64,000 nt of DNA from Mobula hypostoma (lineage: Eukaryota): positions 35,962,001-36,026,000 of the forward strand of contig NC_086108.1 of NCBI RefSeq assembly GCF_963921235.1, read 5' to 3'. Positions 1 through 14,546 of the stretch are shown here, in pieces. The translations under genes and the position numbers were made by a program. Numbering within the stretch: the first letter of the stretch is position 1; every line of letters starts with the position of its first letter. Under the pieces are notes generated by a model, which was not told where the DNA came from, ran no database searches, and saw only the letters and a list, made by a program, of their open reading frames with translations.

Positions 1-811
1 CCAATTACAACTCATCATCTATAACAATACAATACTCACTTATTACAGCCCTAGTGAATCAAAGCCAGTATTGTACACGGTTCTTAAGACTAGGAGGTTT
101 AGTTGCTAATATTCAAGAATCAACTCAGTTTCGCAAAAATAAAAATGTAAAAAGTTACAGATATCTTTGTCTTCAATAGATTTCAAAAATCCCAACTCTA
201 GAAAAAAAGTCACTCAACTATCTCATCCACTCTATGCAACGTTCATGCATTATGTCAACAAATGCACCCAAAACATCACTTGTACATCGTTTTAGAGATG
301 CACTAAATTGCATGTTTTCAGAAAGCTCAAATGAAGCTGTACATAGACAAACATTTCGCCAACCCCAGTTCTACTCCTCGAATGCTGCTCAACGTTGGAG
401 AATGCTGAACACCCTTTATTCAAACAGATTACCTCATTATCATTACCAAAAGAACTGCAAAAAAAAAATAAAAAGCACAATGGGCTTGATTTTTCTCTAA
501 CTAAATTCCGTTTTGCCAACTGAGTCAATACGCAATGAATGTTTAATACATATATAATTAGATGTTCTCACAACATTTTCCATCATACTTTGCATGTACC
601 TACTCTATAAAAGTGAACATGGATGCCTTGAGCTAAATGGTCTCTTCCCATACCAAAATTTCAAGTTTACTGTTGCTATAGGCATCAACTAACATTCTGC
701 TACAGCAGCAACATAATACATTACAAGATAAGGACAAACATAGGTTAACAAACTTCGAAGTAGCATACTTAACAAACATTGGTGCAGAATAAAGAACAAG
801 AAAATACATAC

Positions 812-875
812 TTCTGTATTCGCTTCTCTATGACTGGTCGGACTGCACTGACCCAGTCATCTTGATTACATGCAC
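812..875 (-). CDS. UCHL5: UCHL5 exon 7, 64 nt
   Basis: (G)ACNQDDWVSAVRPVIEKRIQ(K); tag acceptor, gtatgt donor. Remaining exons lie outside the window. Confidence 0.94.
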
Positions 876-1617
876 CTAGAAAAAGAAACCACAAATTGAC
901 ACACACAAGTAAAGACATAATGATTATCAGTTATATTTGCCACAAGTATTGCTCACAGTAAGAAAACCATTCTGGTTACATTAATACTACAGCTCTAAAA
1001 TGGTAGACATATATCGCCCGTCTTTCTTTCTCTGTGAATATTACCCAAATCGATATCCGGCGTTTCCCTTTCATAATGTGAATACTGTCTACTTGACTTC
1101 TTTAAACAATCTTACATACACAAGGGAAGCCTTCTAACCTTGGCTCTCATTCACTTACATTAAGGTTCATATAATGTATATTTGTTCCTTATTCAATGAA
1201 ATCTCATTATTTGAAGATAAAATGCTACAATTGTACTCTTTTGGTATGGAAGCATATCTTTTGAACTCTCAAGCATTGCTATTTAGCTTTTGACAATAAA
1301 TCACTGCATCCCACATATTAAACGACACTAAAGCAAAATGTTATTAATTTAATCCCTGAATGGAAATCAAGCTTTCTTATTTTCACACATTAACACTGGA
1401 TTTCCTTATAGCTAAACTAAATACCTGAGTCAAAATCTGAAACATCTTGAATTTGTTTCCAAAATTGTAAGCTCAAATGATTATGATACTTTTCCAGTCG
1501 CTTATAAATCAAGTAAAACAACATAAGAAATCTGAAGCATTAGTGCAATATCACTAATGGGGAAAATATCGCAAAATGTTCAGATGTTACTTTTACCAGT
1601 ACAAAAATATCCTTGTT

Positions 1618-3735
1618 AGAACATAGAACAATACAGCATAGACCAGGCCATTCAGCCCAGAATGTTTTGACCTGCTTCAAGATCAATCTCATCCTTCCCT
1701 CCCCCATAGCTCCGCATTCTTCTTTCATCTGCTTGCCTATGTAAGAATCTTATACACCTCTATCAAGTCACCTCACATCCTCCTTCGCTCCAAAGAGTAA
1801 AGCTCCAGCTTGCTCAATCTTTCCTCACAAGATATTCCAGAATCCAGGTAACCATTTCTACACCCTCTCTAAAGCTTCCACATCCTTCCTATGAAGCAAA
1901 CAGAACTGAACACAATGTTCCAAGTGTGATCTAACCAGAGTTTTATAGACCTGCAGCAATACTTCATGGATCCTGAACTCAATCACCTGACTAATGAAGG
2001 CCAACATACCATACACCTTCTTAACTACCCTATCAACTTGCTTGGGAACTTTGAGGGATCTATGGACTTGGACCCCAAGATCTCTCTGTTCCTTCAGACT
2101 AAGAATTCTGCCATTAAGCTTGTACTCTGCCTTTGTTCACCCTTCTAAAGTGAATCACTTCATACTTTTCTGGATTGAACTCAATTGCCACTTCTCCACC
2201 CAGCTCTGCATTCTGTCAATTTGCCTTGTAACTTAGGACAACCTTCTGCATCATCTACACTATCACCAACTTTCATGTCATCCGCAAATTTACTAACACA
2301 TCCTTCTACTTCCTCATCCAAGTCATTTATAATCCCTGCAAAACACCACAAGTCACCAACCTCCAGGTAGAATTCATTAAGTCTGCTACCACACTTTGCC
2401 TGCTGTGGGCCAGCCAACTTAGATTCCATGCAGCCAAGTTCCCGTAGATCCCATCCCTCCTGACTTCATTAACAAGCCTACCATGTGGACCTTGCTGAAC
2501 GCCTTACTAAATCCATATGCACCACATCCATCCTCTACCTTCATTATTTTATGTCATTTGCACAAAAAAAACTTTGTCAGGCCTATGAGCCATGACCTGC
2601 CCCTCACAAAGCCATGCTGACCATCCCTCAGACCATGTTGCTCCAAGTGCTCATAAAACCTGCCTCTAAGTATCCTCTCCAATAAGACCATAAGACATAG
2701 GAGCAGTATTACACCATTCAGCCCATCAAGTATGCTCTGCCACTCCATCATAACTGATTTATTATTCCTCTCAACACCATTCTCCTGCCTCCTCCCCATA
2801 ACCTTTGATGCCCTGACTATTCGCGAACCCATCAACTTCTGCTTTAAATACACCCAATGACTTAGCCTCCACAGCCACTTGCGGCAATGAATTCCACAGA
2901 CTCACCACCCTTTGGCAACAGAAAGTCCTCATCTCTATTCTAAATGAACATTCCTATAGTCTGAGGCTATGTCCTCTGGTCCTCGTCTCGCCCACTATAG
3001 GAAACATCTTCTGTACATCCACTCTATCCAGACCTTTCAATATTCAAAAGGCTTCAATGCAATCCCCCCTCATTCTTCTAAATTACACGAGTACAAAGCC
3101 CAGAGCTATCAATCATTCCTCGTACATTAACCTTCCATTCCCAGAATCATTCTCGTGAACCTCCTCTGGAATGCCAGCACATCTTTTCTTAGATAAGGGG
3201 CCTAAAACTGCTCACAATACTCCAAGTGCAGTCTAACCAATGCCTTATAAAGCCTCAGCATTACATCCTTCTACATATTCTAGTCCTCACAAAACTAATG
3301 CTAACATGCATCAGCTTTCCTAACCAGCAACTCAACCTGCAAGTTTACCTTTATGGAATCCTGCAGAAGGATTCCAAAGTACCTTTGCATCTCTGATTTT
3401 TGAATTTTCTCCCCATCTAGAAAATTGTCTACACCTTTATTCCTTCTACCAAAGTGCATGACTATACACTTCCCTACACTATGTTTCATCTTTCACTTTT
3501 TTGGCCATTCTCCAAATCTGTCTTGGTCCTTCTGCAGATTCCCTGCTTCCTCAACAATACTTGCCCCTGCACCTATCGTTGTATAGTCCACAAGCTTGGC
3601 CACAAAACCACCAATTCCATCATTCAAATTATTCACATATAACGTGAAAAGAAGCAGTCCCAACACTGACCCCTGTGGAACGTCACTAGTCATCTGGAGC
3701 AAACCAGAGAAGGCTGCTTTTATTCCTACTCCCTT
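1618..3735 (-). mobile_element. Two or more degenerate CR1 fragments
   Basis: KFADD, VPQGSVLG and QHGFVRGRS remnants; CR1-type 3' repeats near 1620 and 2685. Confidence 0.85.
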
Positions 3736-4725
3736 TAGTGACAACTGACTGCACTTCTAGAGATGTAGACAATATGGAAACAAAATATATCTTTTTTTTG
3801 GCAAATTAGTTGCAGGGCACCTCAAATTCTAGTTTCTACTACATGCCATTCTAATGTTTTTTAAGCCAATGTTTTCCTGAGATTAGATCAATTTTCTAAA
3901 TCAAACGAAAATCTAACAGCCTTCTTATAACTTTACAAATAATCCTGAACAACACAGGGAAATGTTAGTAAATTTATTAGGGGTGGAGACAGATTATATA
4001 CATGCAGAATTTTAATTTTCCCTACCTTTTATATCAATGTCTAACTAAGCAATGCCACAGTCTCTGAACTTCGAAGTTACATGTTAAGAACAGAATTAAA
4101 ATCAACTGTGAGCCCTTCTGAGTGATATTTACTGCCGCTTCCAAAATCAAATCATGCTGAAAATACATTGTCAAGAGATGGCATCTTTAAGTTGAGCCTT
4201 AAAACTGAGGCCTATGCCTTCCTAGAGAAGCAAAAAAAAATCTCTCAGGTCAGATGAGCTACATATGTTTGGACCAATGACCAACCATCAATCAATACTA
4301 CTAAAAAAGATTATGCGGTTACTTATCCCATTATCTAGAGAATATATTTCAAACATTATTTACTGTGAAACTTATATAGGGAAAAGGACAACCAAAACCT
4401 ATCTCCTTTCCAACGCTAAACCAATATATGAAGAATGGCTACTGGATACCATGGGGCTGTTCTGAAATGATATTCCAACAACCAACATTATTTTCAGCAG
4501 GGAAGAAATAGTTGGGAGAACTAAATAAAATAAAATAAAATATATTTATTTAATTGGAAAGCTAAATTTCTAGCTACATCTTATATCATGCACAAAAGAT
4601 TAAAAATGACATAATTTTAAGTGCTATTCATAGCCCAAAAAGAACACATTATCAGAAACATCCATTACAATTTGACTTTATGACAATACATGACAAATAG
4701 CTCCAAACACGAGAACCATCATTAC

Positions 4726-4856
4726 CCAAGTCAATTGGCCCTTCCCTCAATCCATCCAGTTCATATAATCTTCCATGGACGGGAAAGTAACTGACAAAAT
4801 GGAATGCATCTTCCTCCTTTCCTGCAGTCTTGGCATCAAATTCAAACATCTGCTGC
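4726..4856 (-). CDS. UCHL5: UCHL5 exon 6, 131 nt (catalytic His/Asp)
   Basis: [43 protein letters not shown](G); cag acceptor, gtaatg donor. Confidence 0.96.
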
Positions 4857-4938
4857 CTGGGAAGAAAAGTGCCAGAATAGGTTCAGAGGAACTTTGGACA
4901 AAGCTGGTGAGAAAACAGGTGATGTAGAGATTTCATAC

Positions 4939-5000
4939 CTGGCAAAGCCATTGTGAACCTGCCGAATGACTTCAGAGTTGCTCAGAGCCAAACCTTTCAT
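4939..5000 (-). CDS. UCHL5: UCHL5 exon 5, 62 nt
   Basis: MKGLALSNSEVIRQVHNGFA(R); cag acceptor, gtatga donor; followed by an 82-nt intron. Confidence 0.95.
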
Positions 5001-5290
5001 CTGTTATAAAGATTAAAATCAATCAATCCAAGGACTGCTTTATTCGTATATCACCATGTTAAATCAAGGATTCATGTAAGTGTTCACCACTCCCCAGTCC
5101 TACCCACGTGTTTGCCTGAAATATTCTGAATTACAAATAAAAACAAAATGATGATTGGTATTCTAAAAGAATAATCTGCAAAAAAAAAGCAAGATGACTA
5201 AAAAGAAAGAAAACAAATGTGATCATTTTCTGAATTTTTATATATGTATTTCACACTTAATTCAGTGGGGACACTCTCTCTCTCTAGCTC

Positions 5291-5708
5291 CATCATCATC
5301 ATCATCATCAGGTGCCGTGCCCAGTTTGAGCTTTGACTGCCATGGCCCACGCACTCCTGTTTCGGGTCAAGTGGATCAATTCATTGGTATTCATTTCCAG
5401 TTCTCCGGCTGCTGTCTCCATCATCATTTGTCTTTGTCTTCCTCTTGCTTTCTTCCTTTCAATCTTTCCCATAATTACCGTGCATTCTAACTCCTCTTTC
5501 CTAATCACATGTCCAATGAATTTACATTGCCTTTTCATGGTCTCACACATTACTTCTCTTTTTGTGTTTGCTCTGTTCATGACATCCTCGTTAGATATTC
5601 ATTTCATCCATGATATTCTTTGCATCCTCCTCAAAAACAACATCTCTGCAGCTTCAATTCGTTTACTCCTGTTACTAGATATTGTCCCAACACTGAGGCA
5701 TATAACGT
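5291..5708 (-). mobile_element. RTE-clade LINE 3' fragment
   Basis: IEAAEMLFLRRMQRISW, FIGHVIRK, GKIERKKARGRQR; (TGA)n tail at 5291-5310. Confidence 0.8.
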
Positions 5709-6883
5709 AACAGGATAAATGTAACATTTCAGTGCTCTGAGGCCGGTCTCTAGCTCCAGGTACCCTAAAAAAAAACCCATCTAAATAAGACATCATTGCC
5801 TGTATGCTCAAGTTTGCACCAAATAAAGTGAAAGTGACTGACCAACTTACTGATCAACTCCCTCCCAACATCACAACCAAAATAACTTTAACAATGAACC
5901 TAAAATTCTATGGTTCCATAATATGTTACATGACTTCCTTTTCATTTTCATCCTTAATTTCAAGAACACCAACGTCCCTACTTCTTCAGAAGACTAAAGA
6001 AATTTCACAAATCCCCGTTAACCCTTACCAATTTTTATTGATGCACTATAGAAAGCATTCTGTCTGGATTAGTAACAGCTTCACATGGCAACTGCTCTGC
6101 ACGAAACCACACACAAAAAAAAGCAGAGTTATGGACACAGCTCAGTACATTACGAGAAGAAGCTGCTCTTTTAAGGATTCTATACTTCTTGTCACCTCAG
6201 TGAAACAGCCAACATAATCAAATATCCAATCCATCTCAAACATTCTCTCTTCTCCCCTCTCCCATCAGGCTGAAGGTACGGAAGCCTGCAAACATCAGGG
6301 AGGATTGTTTTTAATCCCACTGTTAACTGTCTCTGACGATAATGTAAACTCTTGACTTCACAATCTACTTGCTATGATCTTGTATTGTTTACCTGCACTG
6401 CACTTCTTCAGTAGCTTTTACCCCTTATACTGCATTGTTGTTGTTTTTTGTTATTCTACCTCAGTGCAATGTGTAATGATTTGATTTGAATGAACAGTAA
6501 GCATGACAAGCTTTTCACTACACCTGGCAAAAATAAACCTATACCAATGTTCCTTTTTGTTTCTTCATTTGTATTTCCAAACACAGTCAAACTCCAATAA
6601 TGAAGCACTCTCGGGACATCGGGCAGATTGGCAGACTTTCCAGACTCTTAGAAAGCATCATTAACACATCAACTGAATTTTAAGTAACACACACAAAATG
6701 CTGTAGGACCTCAGCAGGTCAGCAGCATCTATGAAAATGAATAAACAGGGGGGACTTCCGGGTCGTCAAGGGAATGGCGGCGTAAGGAAAAGGTCTCTCG
6801 ACAAAAAAGAAGGTAAACTGCCCCAAAATCGAATTTAGACAAATACTTAATATTGCATAACTATATTAATAAAAGGGGCAAGG

Positions 6884-7870
6884 ATGATGTCTAAGAACAA
6901 GATTAAAAAGTCCGCTCCGAAGGCTGATAAACATAAAGAGACGCAGCAAGGCGACGGGCCTAGCTCCCCCACGGCAAGCCAGGACGGAGATAATGAGGGG
7001 GAATCGGTGACTCTGTCTTTGATTCTCGGAGAGATTCGCGAGTTCCGACAAGATAACAGCAAACAGCTGGAAGATATTACAGGAGAAATAGTAAACACTA
7101 ACTCGCGGATAGATGAAGCCGAAGCGAGGATTGTTGGAATTGAAGAGAAGCTACAAAACGCTGAGGAAGTGATAGCAGAAATGCTGAAGCTAAAAAACCA
7201 GCTCCAGTGGAAACTAATAGATCAAGAAGAACGCTCAAGAAGGGAAAATGTGAGGATTTACGGAGTTCCCGAAGGAACCGAAGGTAAACCCGGATTGATG
7301 ATTCCCTTCGTGGAGAAGCTGCTTAGCGAGAACCTTGATATACCGGCCGCAAAAGACCTACAGATAGAAAGGGCTCACCGCGCATTGGCACCACAGCCCC
7401 TGGCAGGCGCCCAGCCCAGATCGATTCTGATCAGATTTCTCAGTTACAGAACGAAGGAAGAGGTGCTTAAAAGGGCATGGCAAAATAAAGGTTTCATGTG
7501 GAACAACTGTAAAATCAGTTTAGACCACGACTACGCACCGGGGATTCTTGCCAGACGGAAGGAATATGCAGAAACACGGAGAGTTCTGAAGGAAAACAAC
7601 ATCAGATTCCAGACTCTGTATCCAGCTCGGCTGAGAGTCTTTTACGACGAAGGGACAAAAACTTACGCTACGGTGGAGGAGGCAACGTTGGACCTGGCGG
7701 ACCGGGGACTACCTATTAAAGTTATCACCCAACCGGAGTCGCTACTGGAGAGGATTCGGCAGATGTCGTGGCAGTTAGTGGGGCGAGGACGCTCCACTCG
7801 AACCAGAGTGTCAAACTACAAGGAAAAGCTGCAAATATTCAGACGCGAATGTACAGAGAATACAGATTAA
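6884..7870 (+). CDS. L1 ORF1p (coiled coil + RRM + CTD)
   Basis: Intact 328-aa ORF with RSRRENVRIYGVPE, IERAHR, PRSILIRF and LYPARLRV motifs. Confidence 0.92.
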   Translation: MMSKNKIKKSAPKADKHKETQQGDGPSSPTASQDGDNEGESVTLSLILGEIREFRQDNSKQLEDITGEIVNTNSRIDEAEARIVGIEEKLQNAEEVIAEMLKLKNQLQWKLIDQEERSRRENVRIYGVPEGTEGKPGLMIPFVEKLLSENLDIPAAKDLQIERAHRALAPQPLAGAQPRSILIRFLSYRTKEEVLKRAWQNKGFMWNNCKISLDHDYAPGILARRKEYAETRRVLKENNIRFQTLYPARLRVFYDEGTKTYATVEEATLDLADRGLPIKVITQPESLLERIRQMSWQLVGRGRSTRTRVSNYKEKLQIFRRECTENTD

Positions 7871-8230
7871 TTAAGAGAAATGACTGAAAAGAGTAAATCG
7901 GACTTAAAGATAAAATGAAAACTGGTAACTGAAAATAAACTAGGCGGAATAATTTGAATGATAGCAATTTGGTCGAGACATAAATAGGAGAAAATTCTCT
8001 ATGATTATTCAAACTGCTGAGGGCCCTCTAACACAGGGTGAAGATAGAGGTTATCCCTCTGAACTGAGGCGGGTCGGTGCTCAGGCCTCACTGTGGGAAG
8101 TCGGGAAAAATTTTCAAATGTTACACGTTCAAAAATGTCTAGGGTGTGGTTGTATGTCTTGGTTTACTGTTGAGAAGGGATTGCTTACTGTTTGGTTAGA
8201 AAAGGAGAGTTTTTTTTCTACTAGAGAAAA

Positions 8231-11200
8231 ATGCAAACTGAATTGGTAAAAATAATTTCCTATAATGTTAATGGGGTTTTGAATCCAATTAAAAGAAATA
8301 AGATTATGTCTAAATCGAAAAAAGAGAGGGCACAAATAGCTTTCCTCCAGGAAACACATATGAGCCAATCTGAACATGGAAAATTAAAAAGAATGGGCTT
8401 TAAGCATGTATTTTATTCATCATATAAATTCAGTCACAAAAGAGGGGTAGCTACTTTAATATCAAGTACTCTTAATTATGAACATATTTCAGAGACTAAA
8501 GACAAAGAAGGACGGTTTGTAAAAATCACAGGAAGAATAGAAGGCACAGAAATAACATTGCTGAATGCTTATGCTCCTCCAGGTTGTGAATGGTCATTTT
8601 ATAGACACATTTTTGACCTAATGGTCAGTTCTCAAGGGGTAGTAATTTGTGGAGGGCATTTTAATATTAGATTAAATCCTGTATTAGATTCTTCAAGAAT
8701 AGTTACTCAGAATAAACCTCTGACTCGGAAAATGAATTCATTGATGGAGGAGTTGGGAATTATAGATGTCTGGAGGGAATTACACCCTACTAGTAAAAAT
8801 TATACACATTACTCTTTCCCTCATTCAGCCTATTCAAGGATAGACTATTTCTTTATCTTTAATACAGACAGACTCAGGATAAAAAACTGTAATATTGCAA
8901 CAATTGATCTGTCGGATCATAGCCCAGTCTCTATGTCTCTAATCCTGGAAAGGAAAATGAGGAAAACACTATGGAGGCTAAACTCACATATACTCAATAA
9001 CCCGAAAGTAATGGAGAGATTAAAGGGAGAAATCAAAGAATATCTAGACCTTAATGACACGGGAGAAACATCACCAGTGATCTTATGGGATACATTGAAA
9101 GCTGTACTGAGAGGGAAAATTATTTCCATTACCACTCACATGAAAAAAATCAATGCACAAAAATTAGCAGACCTTCAAGGAAAATTAAAAGAACTTCAAG
9201 TTGTAGATAGCAACAAAAGTAATTCAAATCGAAAACAGGAAATTAGGAAATTGCAAAGTGAAATTGACAATATTTATACGTTGGAAACTCAAAGAAATTT
9301 TCTTTACCTGAGACAAAAGAATTATGAAGTAGGAGGTAAATCAGATAGATTATTAGCATATAAATTACGAAAACAACAAGCAGACAATACAATTCATAAA
9401 ATAAAGAATCCAAAGACAAAACTTGTGGAGAGTACAATAGGGAAAATTCAAGAGAGTTTTGAAACATATTATCAAGAGCTGTACTCCCAACCCCAGGCCC
9501 CCAATGAGCCCTATATAGACAGTGTATTGAATTTTTTAGATCTACCTAAACTTACAGATTTACAAAATGAAAGTTTATTAGAACCAGTAACTGTCAAAGA
9601 ACTGAACGTGACCATCTCTAGGTTAAAGGCTGGAAAGTCCCCGGGTTCTGATGGGTTTACCTCAGAGTGGTACAAATCCCTGAAGACACAGTTAGCCCCA
9701 TTACTACTTAACACCTTTAATTGGATCTTGCAGAGAGGAGAAACTCCACCTTCCTGGAGAGAAGCGATTATTTCAGTTATTCCTAAAGAGGGTAAAGATA
9801 AACTAGAATGTGGCAATTATCGGCCAATTAGTGTTCTTAATTTAGATTACAAACTATTTACATCTATATTAGCGCGCAGATTGGAAAAGCTTTTACTTGG
9901 CCTAATCCACTTAGACCAGACTGGATTTATTCAACAAAGACAAACACAGGACAACATAAGGAGAACTCTGCACATAGTAGAACAGGTTAATAAGAACGAG
10001 ACAGAGACAATGGTAGTAGGATTGGACGCTGAGAAAGCTTTTGATTCGGTTAGTTGGGCATTCCAATACAGAGTGTTAGGAAGATTCGGCTTTCAAGAAA
10101 AGTTTATTAAAGTAATTCAGACTCTATATGACAGCCCTACAGGCCGAGTTAAGATAAATGGGGACCTCTCTGACTCCTTCATCTTAGAGAGAGGCACTAG
10201 ACAGGGATGCCCAATTTCTCCTCTCCTTTTTGCGCTATATATTGAACCGCTTGCCCAACTAATAAGACAGAGCGAAATCGTAAAAGGTATCAAGGTGGCA
10301 GGGATTGAACAGAAAGTGGCGTTATTCGCAGATGATGTTTTGGTCTATCTGAGTGAACCAGAAAAATCATTTATAGGATTGTTTACACTGTTGGATGACT
10401 TTGGGAAAATATCAGGTTATAAAATAAATGTAAAGAAAACGCAGGTTATGTCCCTAAATTATACACCATCCAAAAAATTGCAGGGTACATACGATCTTAA
10501 GTGGGAAGCTAAATCATTAAAATATTTAGGAATAACCCTGCCGAAGGATCTTTCAACACTGTCACAGGTAAATTATGGGCCATTGATCTCAGAGATAAAA
10601 GCAGATATGCCTAGATGGAATCTTATCCCCTTTTTAAGTTTAAATTCAAGGATAAATACTATAAAAATGAATATTCTTCCTCGGTTATTGTATCTTTTCC
10701 ATACTTTACCGGTGGAGGTGGATGATAATCAATTCAGGGAATGGGACAAATGGATTTCCCGCTTCATTTGGCAAGGAAAGAAACCCAGAATTCGATATAA
10801 CACCTTACAGTTAGGGAAGGAAGGAAGGAGGTATGGTTCTTCCTTGCCTGAGAAATTATTTTTATGCCTCACAGATAACCCCTCTGTTATATTGGTGCAA
10901 TAGGGAATATAAGGCTAGATGGAAGGAAATAGAATTTGGATTAGTTGACAGTTTTCCTCTACAGGCCTCAACAGCTGACGAAGGATTGATGGCCCAGTTG
11001 GAAAAATTTAAAAACAGTTGGATAAATCTTACATTAAAAGTATGGCAGAAGGTGGTTAATTCATGTGGAATTAATAACATGTTAAAACTCTTTAGATGGT
11101 GTGCATATGATACCGAATTCCTTCCCAACAGAGGAGATAAAAGATTTGAGCTATGGATAAAGAAAGGTCTTACAACCTACCTCTCATTTATAGATAAAAG

Positions 11201-12020
11201 AGTACTACAAAGTTTCCAAATCCTGCAGGACAAACATGGCCGAGAACATAATGACTTTTTTAGGTACCTTCAAATACGAAACTATGTTAACCAGAATTGT
11301 AGATATACAGACCTATCAACAGTAGAATTAGAATTTTTCAAGATTCTGAATTCGGCTTGCAGTTCAATACCTAGTAAATCAGTTTCTCGAGTATATAATG
11401 CACTCTCCCATGCTAAAAATGTAAATACACTGTATATTAAAGAGAAGTGGGAGAAAGAAGCGGGGTTGGTACTTTCAGAGGAGGCTTGGGGGAAAATCTG
11501 CAGTTTTCAATGGTCCTCGACTAATTCTTTGACTTGGAGAGAACATAGTTGGAAAAACATTATAAGATACTTCAAGACCCCATATCAGGAAAAATACAAA
11601 GATACAAACGTGACTTGTTGGAGAAGGTGCGGCTCCAAGGAGGAAAATCATTTTCATATTTTCTGGGATTGCCCTAAATTAAGTCTATATTGGGAAGGTA
11701 TTCATAGAACATTAGTTAAGGTACTTAGGTCCCAGATACCTCTGAACTTTGAGATGCTCTATTTGGGGCATGTATTGTTTCTTGAACAGAAGGAAGATAT
11801 AAAGTTGCTGCAGGCCCTCTTAGCGGCAAGTAAGAAATCAATCACTAGAAAGTGGCTAAATCCAATACCACCTACATTAGAAGATTGGCACGAAATTATC
11901 TTGGAAATATTTAAAATGGAGAAGTTGACTTACTCCCTGAGAATTCAAAAAGAAAAATTTTATCAAATCTGGAATAAATGGATTGAATATATAACCCCAA
12001 TGCGAGCAGACTTTAGATGA
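8231..12020 (+). pseudogene. L1 ORF2p (APE endonuclease, RT, CCHC), split by one frameshift near 10825
   Basis: SYNVNG, LQETH, SRIDY, SDH; RQGCPISP, LFADD; C-terminal CWRRC...H...C. Encoded by overlapping ORFs 8231-10903 and 10833-12020. Confidence 0.93.
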
Positions 12021-12480
12021 CTCTCCTAATGATTTATACTGCTCTTCTCATCAACATAGTAATATTGCTAACGTAAGCACCCCTAGTCTAAATGTCTTTT
12101 TTTTTTGTTTTTGTTTTCTTTTGGAAAATAGAGAATTAACACAAGTAAAGGGAAAGATTTGGGAAAGGGATAAAAAATGAAAAAATTAAGTAAATAAGTA
12201 CATAGGGATTAGATAATTATGTCTGCGGGCAGGAGCAAGCATGAACAAATTAGGATATAAACACCTACAATGGTTGTTACATAGGCTTATATACAACATT
12301 TTGGACCAGTGGAAATGGTCCAGAAGAGTCATATGGAAACTATTACTACCATTTTTCTTAACAACTAATACCATTACTTAGCCTAATAGATTAGAATTAC
12401 CACAGTACATAATTATCTATTTAAGTGTCTAATATCCTTTTATATCATCTCAATGTGTACTTAAGAATGTATAAATAATT

Positions 12481-14546
12481 ATAGAAACATAGAAAATAGG
12501 TGCAGGAGTAGGCCATTCGGCCCTTCGAGCCAGCACCGCCATTTATTATGATCATGGCTGATCATCCAACTCAGAACCCCGCCCCAGCCTTCCCTCCATA
12601 CCCCCTGATCCCCGTAGCCACAAGGGCCATATCTAACTCCCTCTTAAGTATAGCCAATGAACTGGCCTCAACTGTTTCCTGTGGCAGAGAATTCCACAGA
12701 TTCACCACTGTCTGTGTGAAGAAGTTTTTCCTAATCACAGTCCTAAAAGGCTTCCCCTTTATCCTCAAACTGTGACCCCTTGTTCTGGACTTCCCCAACA
12801 TCGGGAACAATCTTCCTGCATCTAGCCTGTCCAATCCCTTTAGGATTTTATACGCTTCAATCAGATCCCCCCTCAATCTTCTAAATTCCAACGAGTACAA
12901 GCCCAGTTCATCCAGTCTTTCTTCATATGAAACTCCTGCCATCCCAGGAATCAATCTGGTGAACCTTCTCTGTACTCCCTCTATGGCAAGGATGTCTTTC
13001 CTCAGATTAGGGGACCAAAACTGCACACAATACTCCAGGTGTGGTCTCACCAAGGCCTTGTACAACTGCAGTAGTACATCCCTGCTCCTGTACTCGAATC
13101 CTCTCGCTATAAATGCCAGCATACCATTCGCCTTTTTCACCGCCTGCTGTACCTGCATGCCCACTTTCAATGACACCCAGGTCTCGTTGCACCTCCCCTT
13201 TTCCTAATCGGCCACCATTCAGATAATAATATGTTTTCCTATTTTTGCCACCAAAGTAGATAACTTCATATTTTTCCACATTAAATTGCATCTGCCATGA
13301 ATTTGCCCACTCACCCAACCTATCCAAGTCACTCTGCATCCTCTTAGCATCCTCCTCACAGCTAACACTGCCACTCAGCTTCGTGTCATCCGCAAACTTG
13401 GAGCTGCTGCATTTAATTCCCTCATCCAAGTCATTAATATATATTGTAAACAACTGGGGTCCCAGCACTGAGCCTTGCGGTACCCCACTAGTCATCGCCT
13501 GCCATTCTGAAAAGGTCCCGTTTATTCCCACTCTTTGCTTCCTGTCTGCTAACCAATTCTCCATCCACATCAATACCTTACCCCCAATACCGTGTGCTTT
13601 AAGTTTGCACACTAATCTCCTGTGTGGGACCTTGTCAAAAGCCTTTTGAAAATCCAAATATACCACATCCACTGGTTCTCCCCTATCCACTCTACTAGTT
13701 ACATCCTCAAAAAATTATATGAGATTCGTCAGACATGATTTTCCTTTCACAAATCCATGCTGACTTTGTCCGATGATTTCACCGCTTTCCAAATGTGCTG
13801 TTATCACATCTTTGATAACTGACTCCAGCAGTTTCCCCACCACCGACGTTAGGCTAACCAGTCTATAATTCCCTGGTTTCTCTCTCCCTCCTTTTTTAAA
13901 AAGTGGGGTTACATTAGCCACCCTCCAATCCTCAGGAACTAGTCCAGAATCTAACGAGTTTTGAAAAATTATCACTAATGCATCCACTATTTCTTGGGCT
14001 ACTTCCTTAAGCACTCTAGGATGCAGACCATCTGGCCCTGGGGATTTATCTGCCTTCAATCCCTTCAATTTACCTAACACCACTTCCCTACTAACATGTA
14101 TTTCGCTCAGTTCCTCCATCTCACTGGACCCTCTGTCCCCTACTATTTCTGGAAGATTATTTATGTCCTCCTTAGTGAAGACAGAACCAAAGTAATTATG
14201 CAATTGGTCTGCCATGTCCTTGCTCCCCATAATCAATTCACCTGTTTCTGTCTGTAGGGGACCAACATTTGTCTTTACCAGTCTTTTCCTTTTTACATAT
14301 CTATAAAAGCTTTTACAGTCAGTTTTTATGTTCCCTGCCAGTTTTCTCTCATAATCTTTTTTCCCCTTCCTAATTAAGCCCTTTGTCCTCCTCTGCTGAA
14401 CTCTGAATTTCTCCCAGTCCTCAGGTGAGCCACTTTCTCTGGCTAATTTGTATGCTTCTTCTTTGGAATTGATACTATCCCTAATTTCTCTTGTCAGCCA
14501 CGGGTGCACTACCTTCCTTGATTTATTCTTTTGCCAAACTGGGATG
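12481..14546 (-). mobile_element. 5'-truncated CR1 LINE
   Basis: KSPGPDGLHPRVLKE, YLDFQKAFDKVPH, GVPQGSVLGP, KFADD, LVRPHLEYCVQFW; (TTCTATGT)-type 3' repeat at the left end. Confidence 0.93.
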
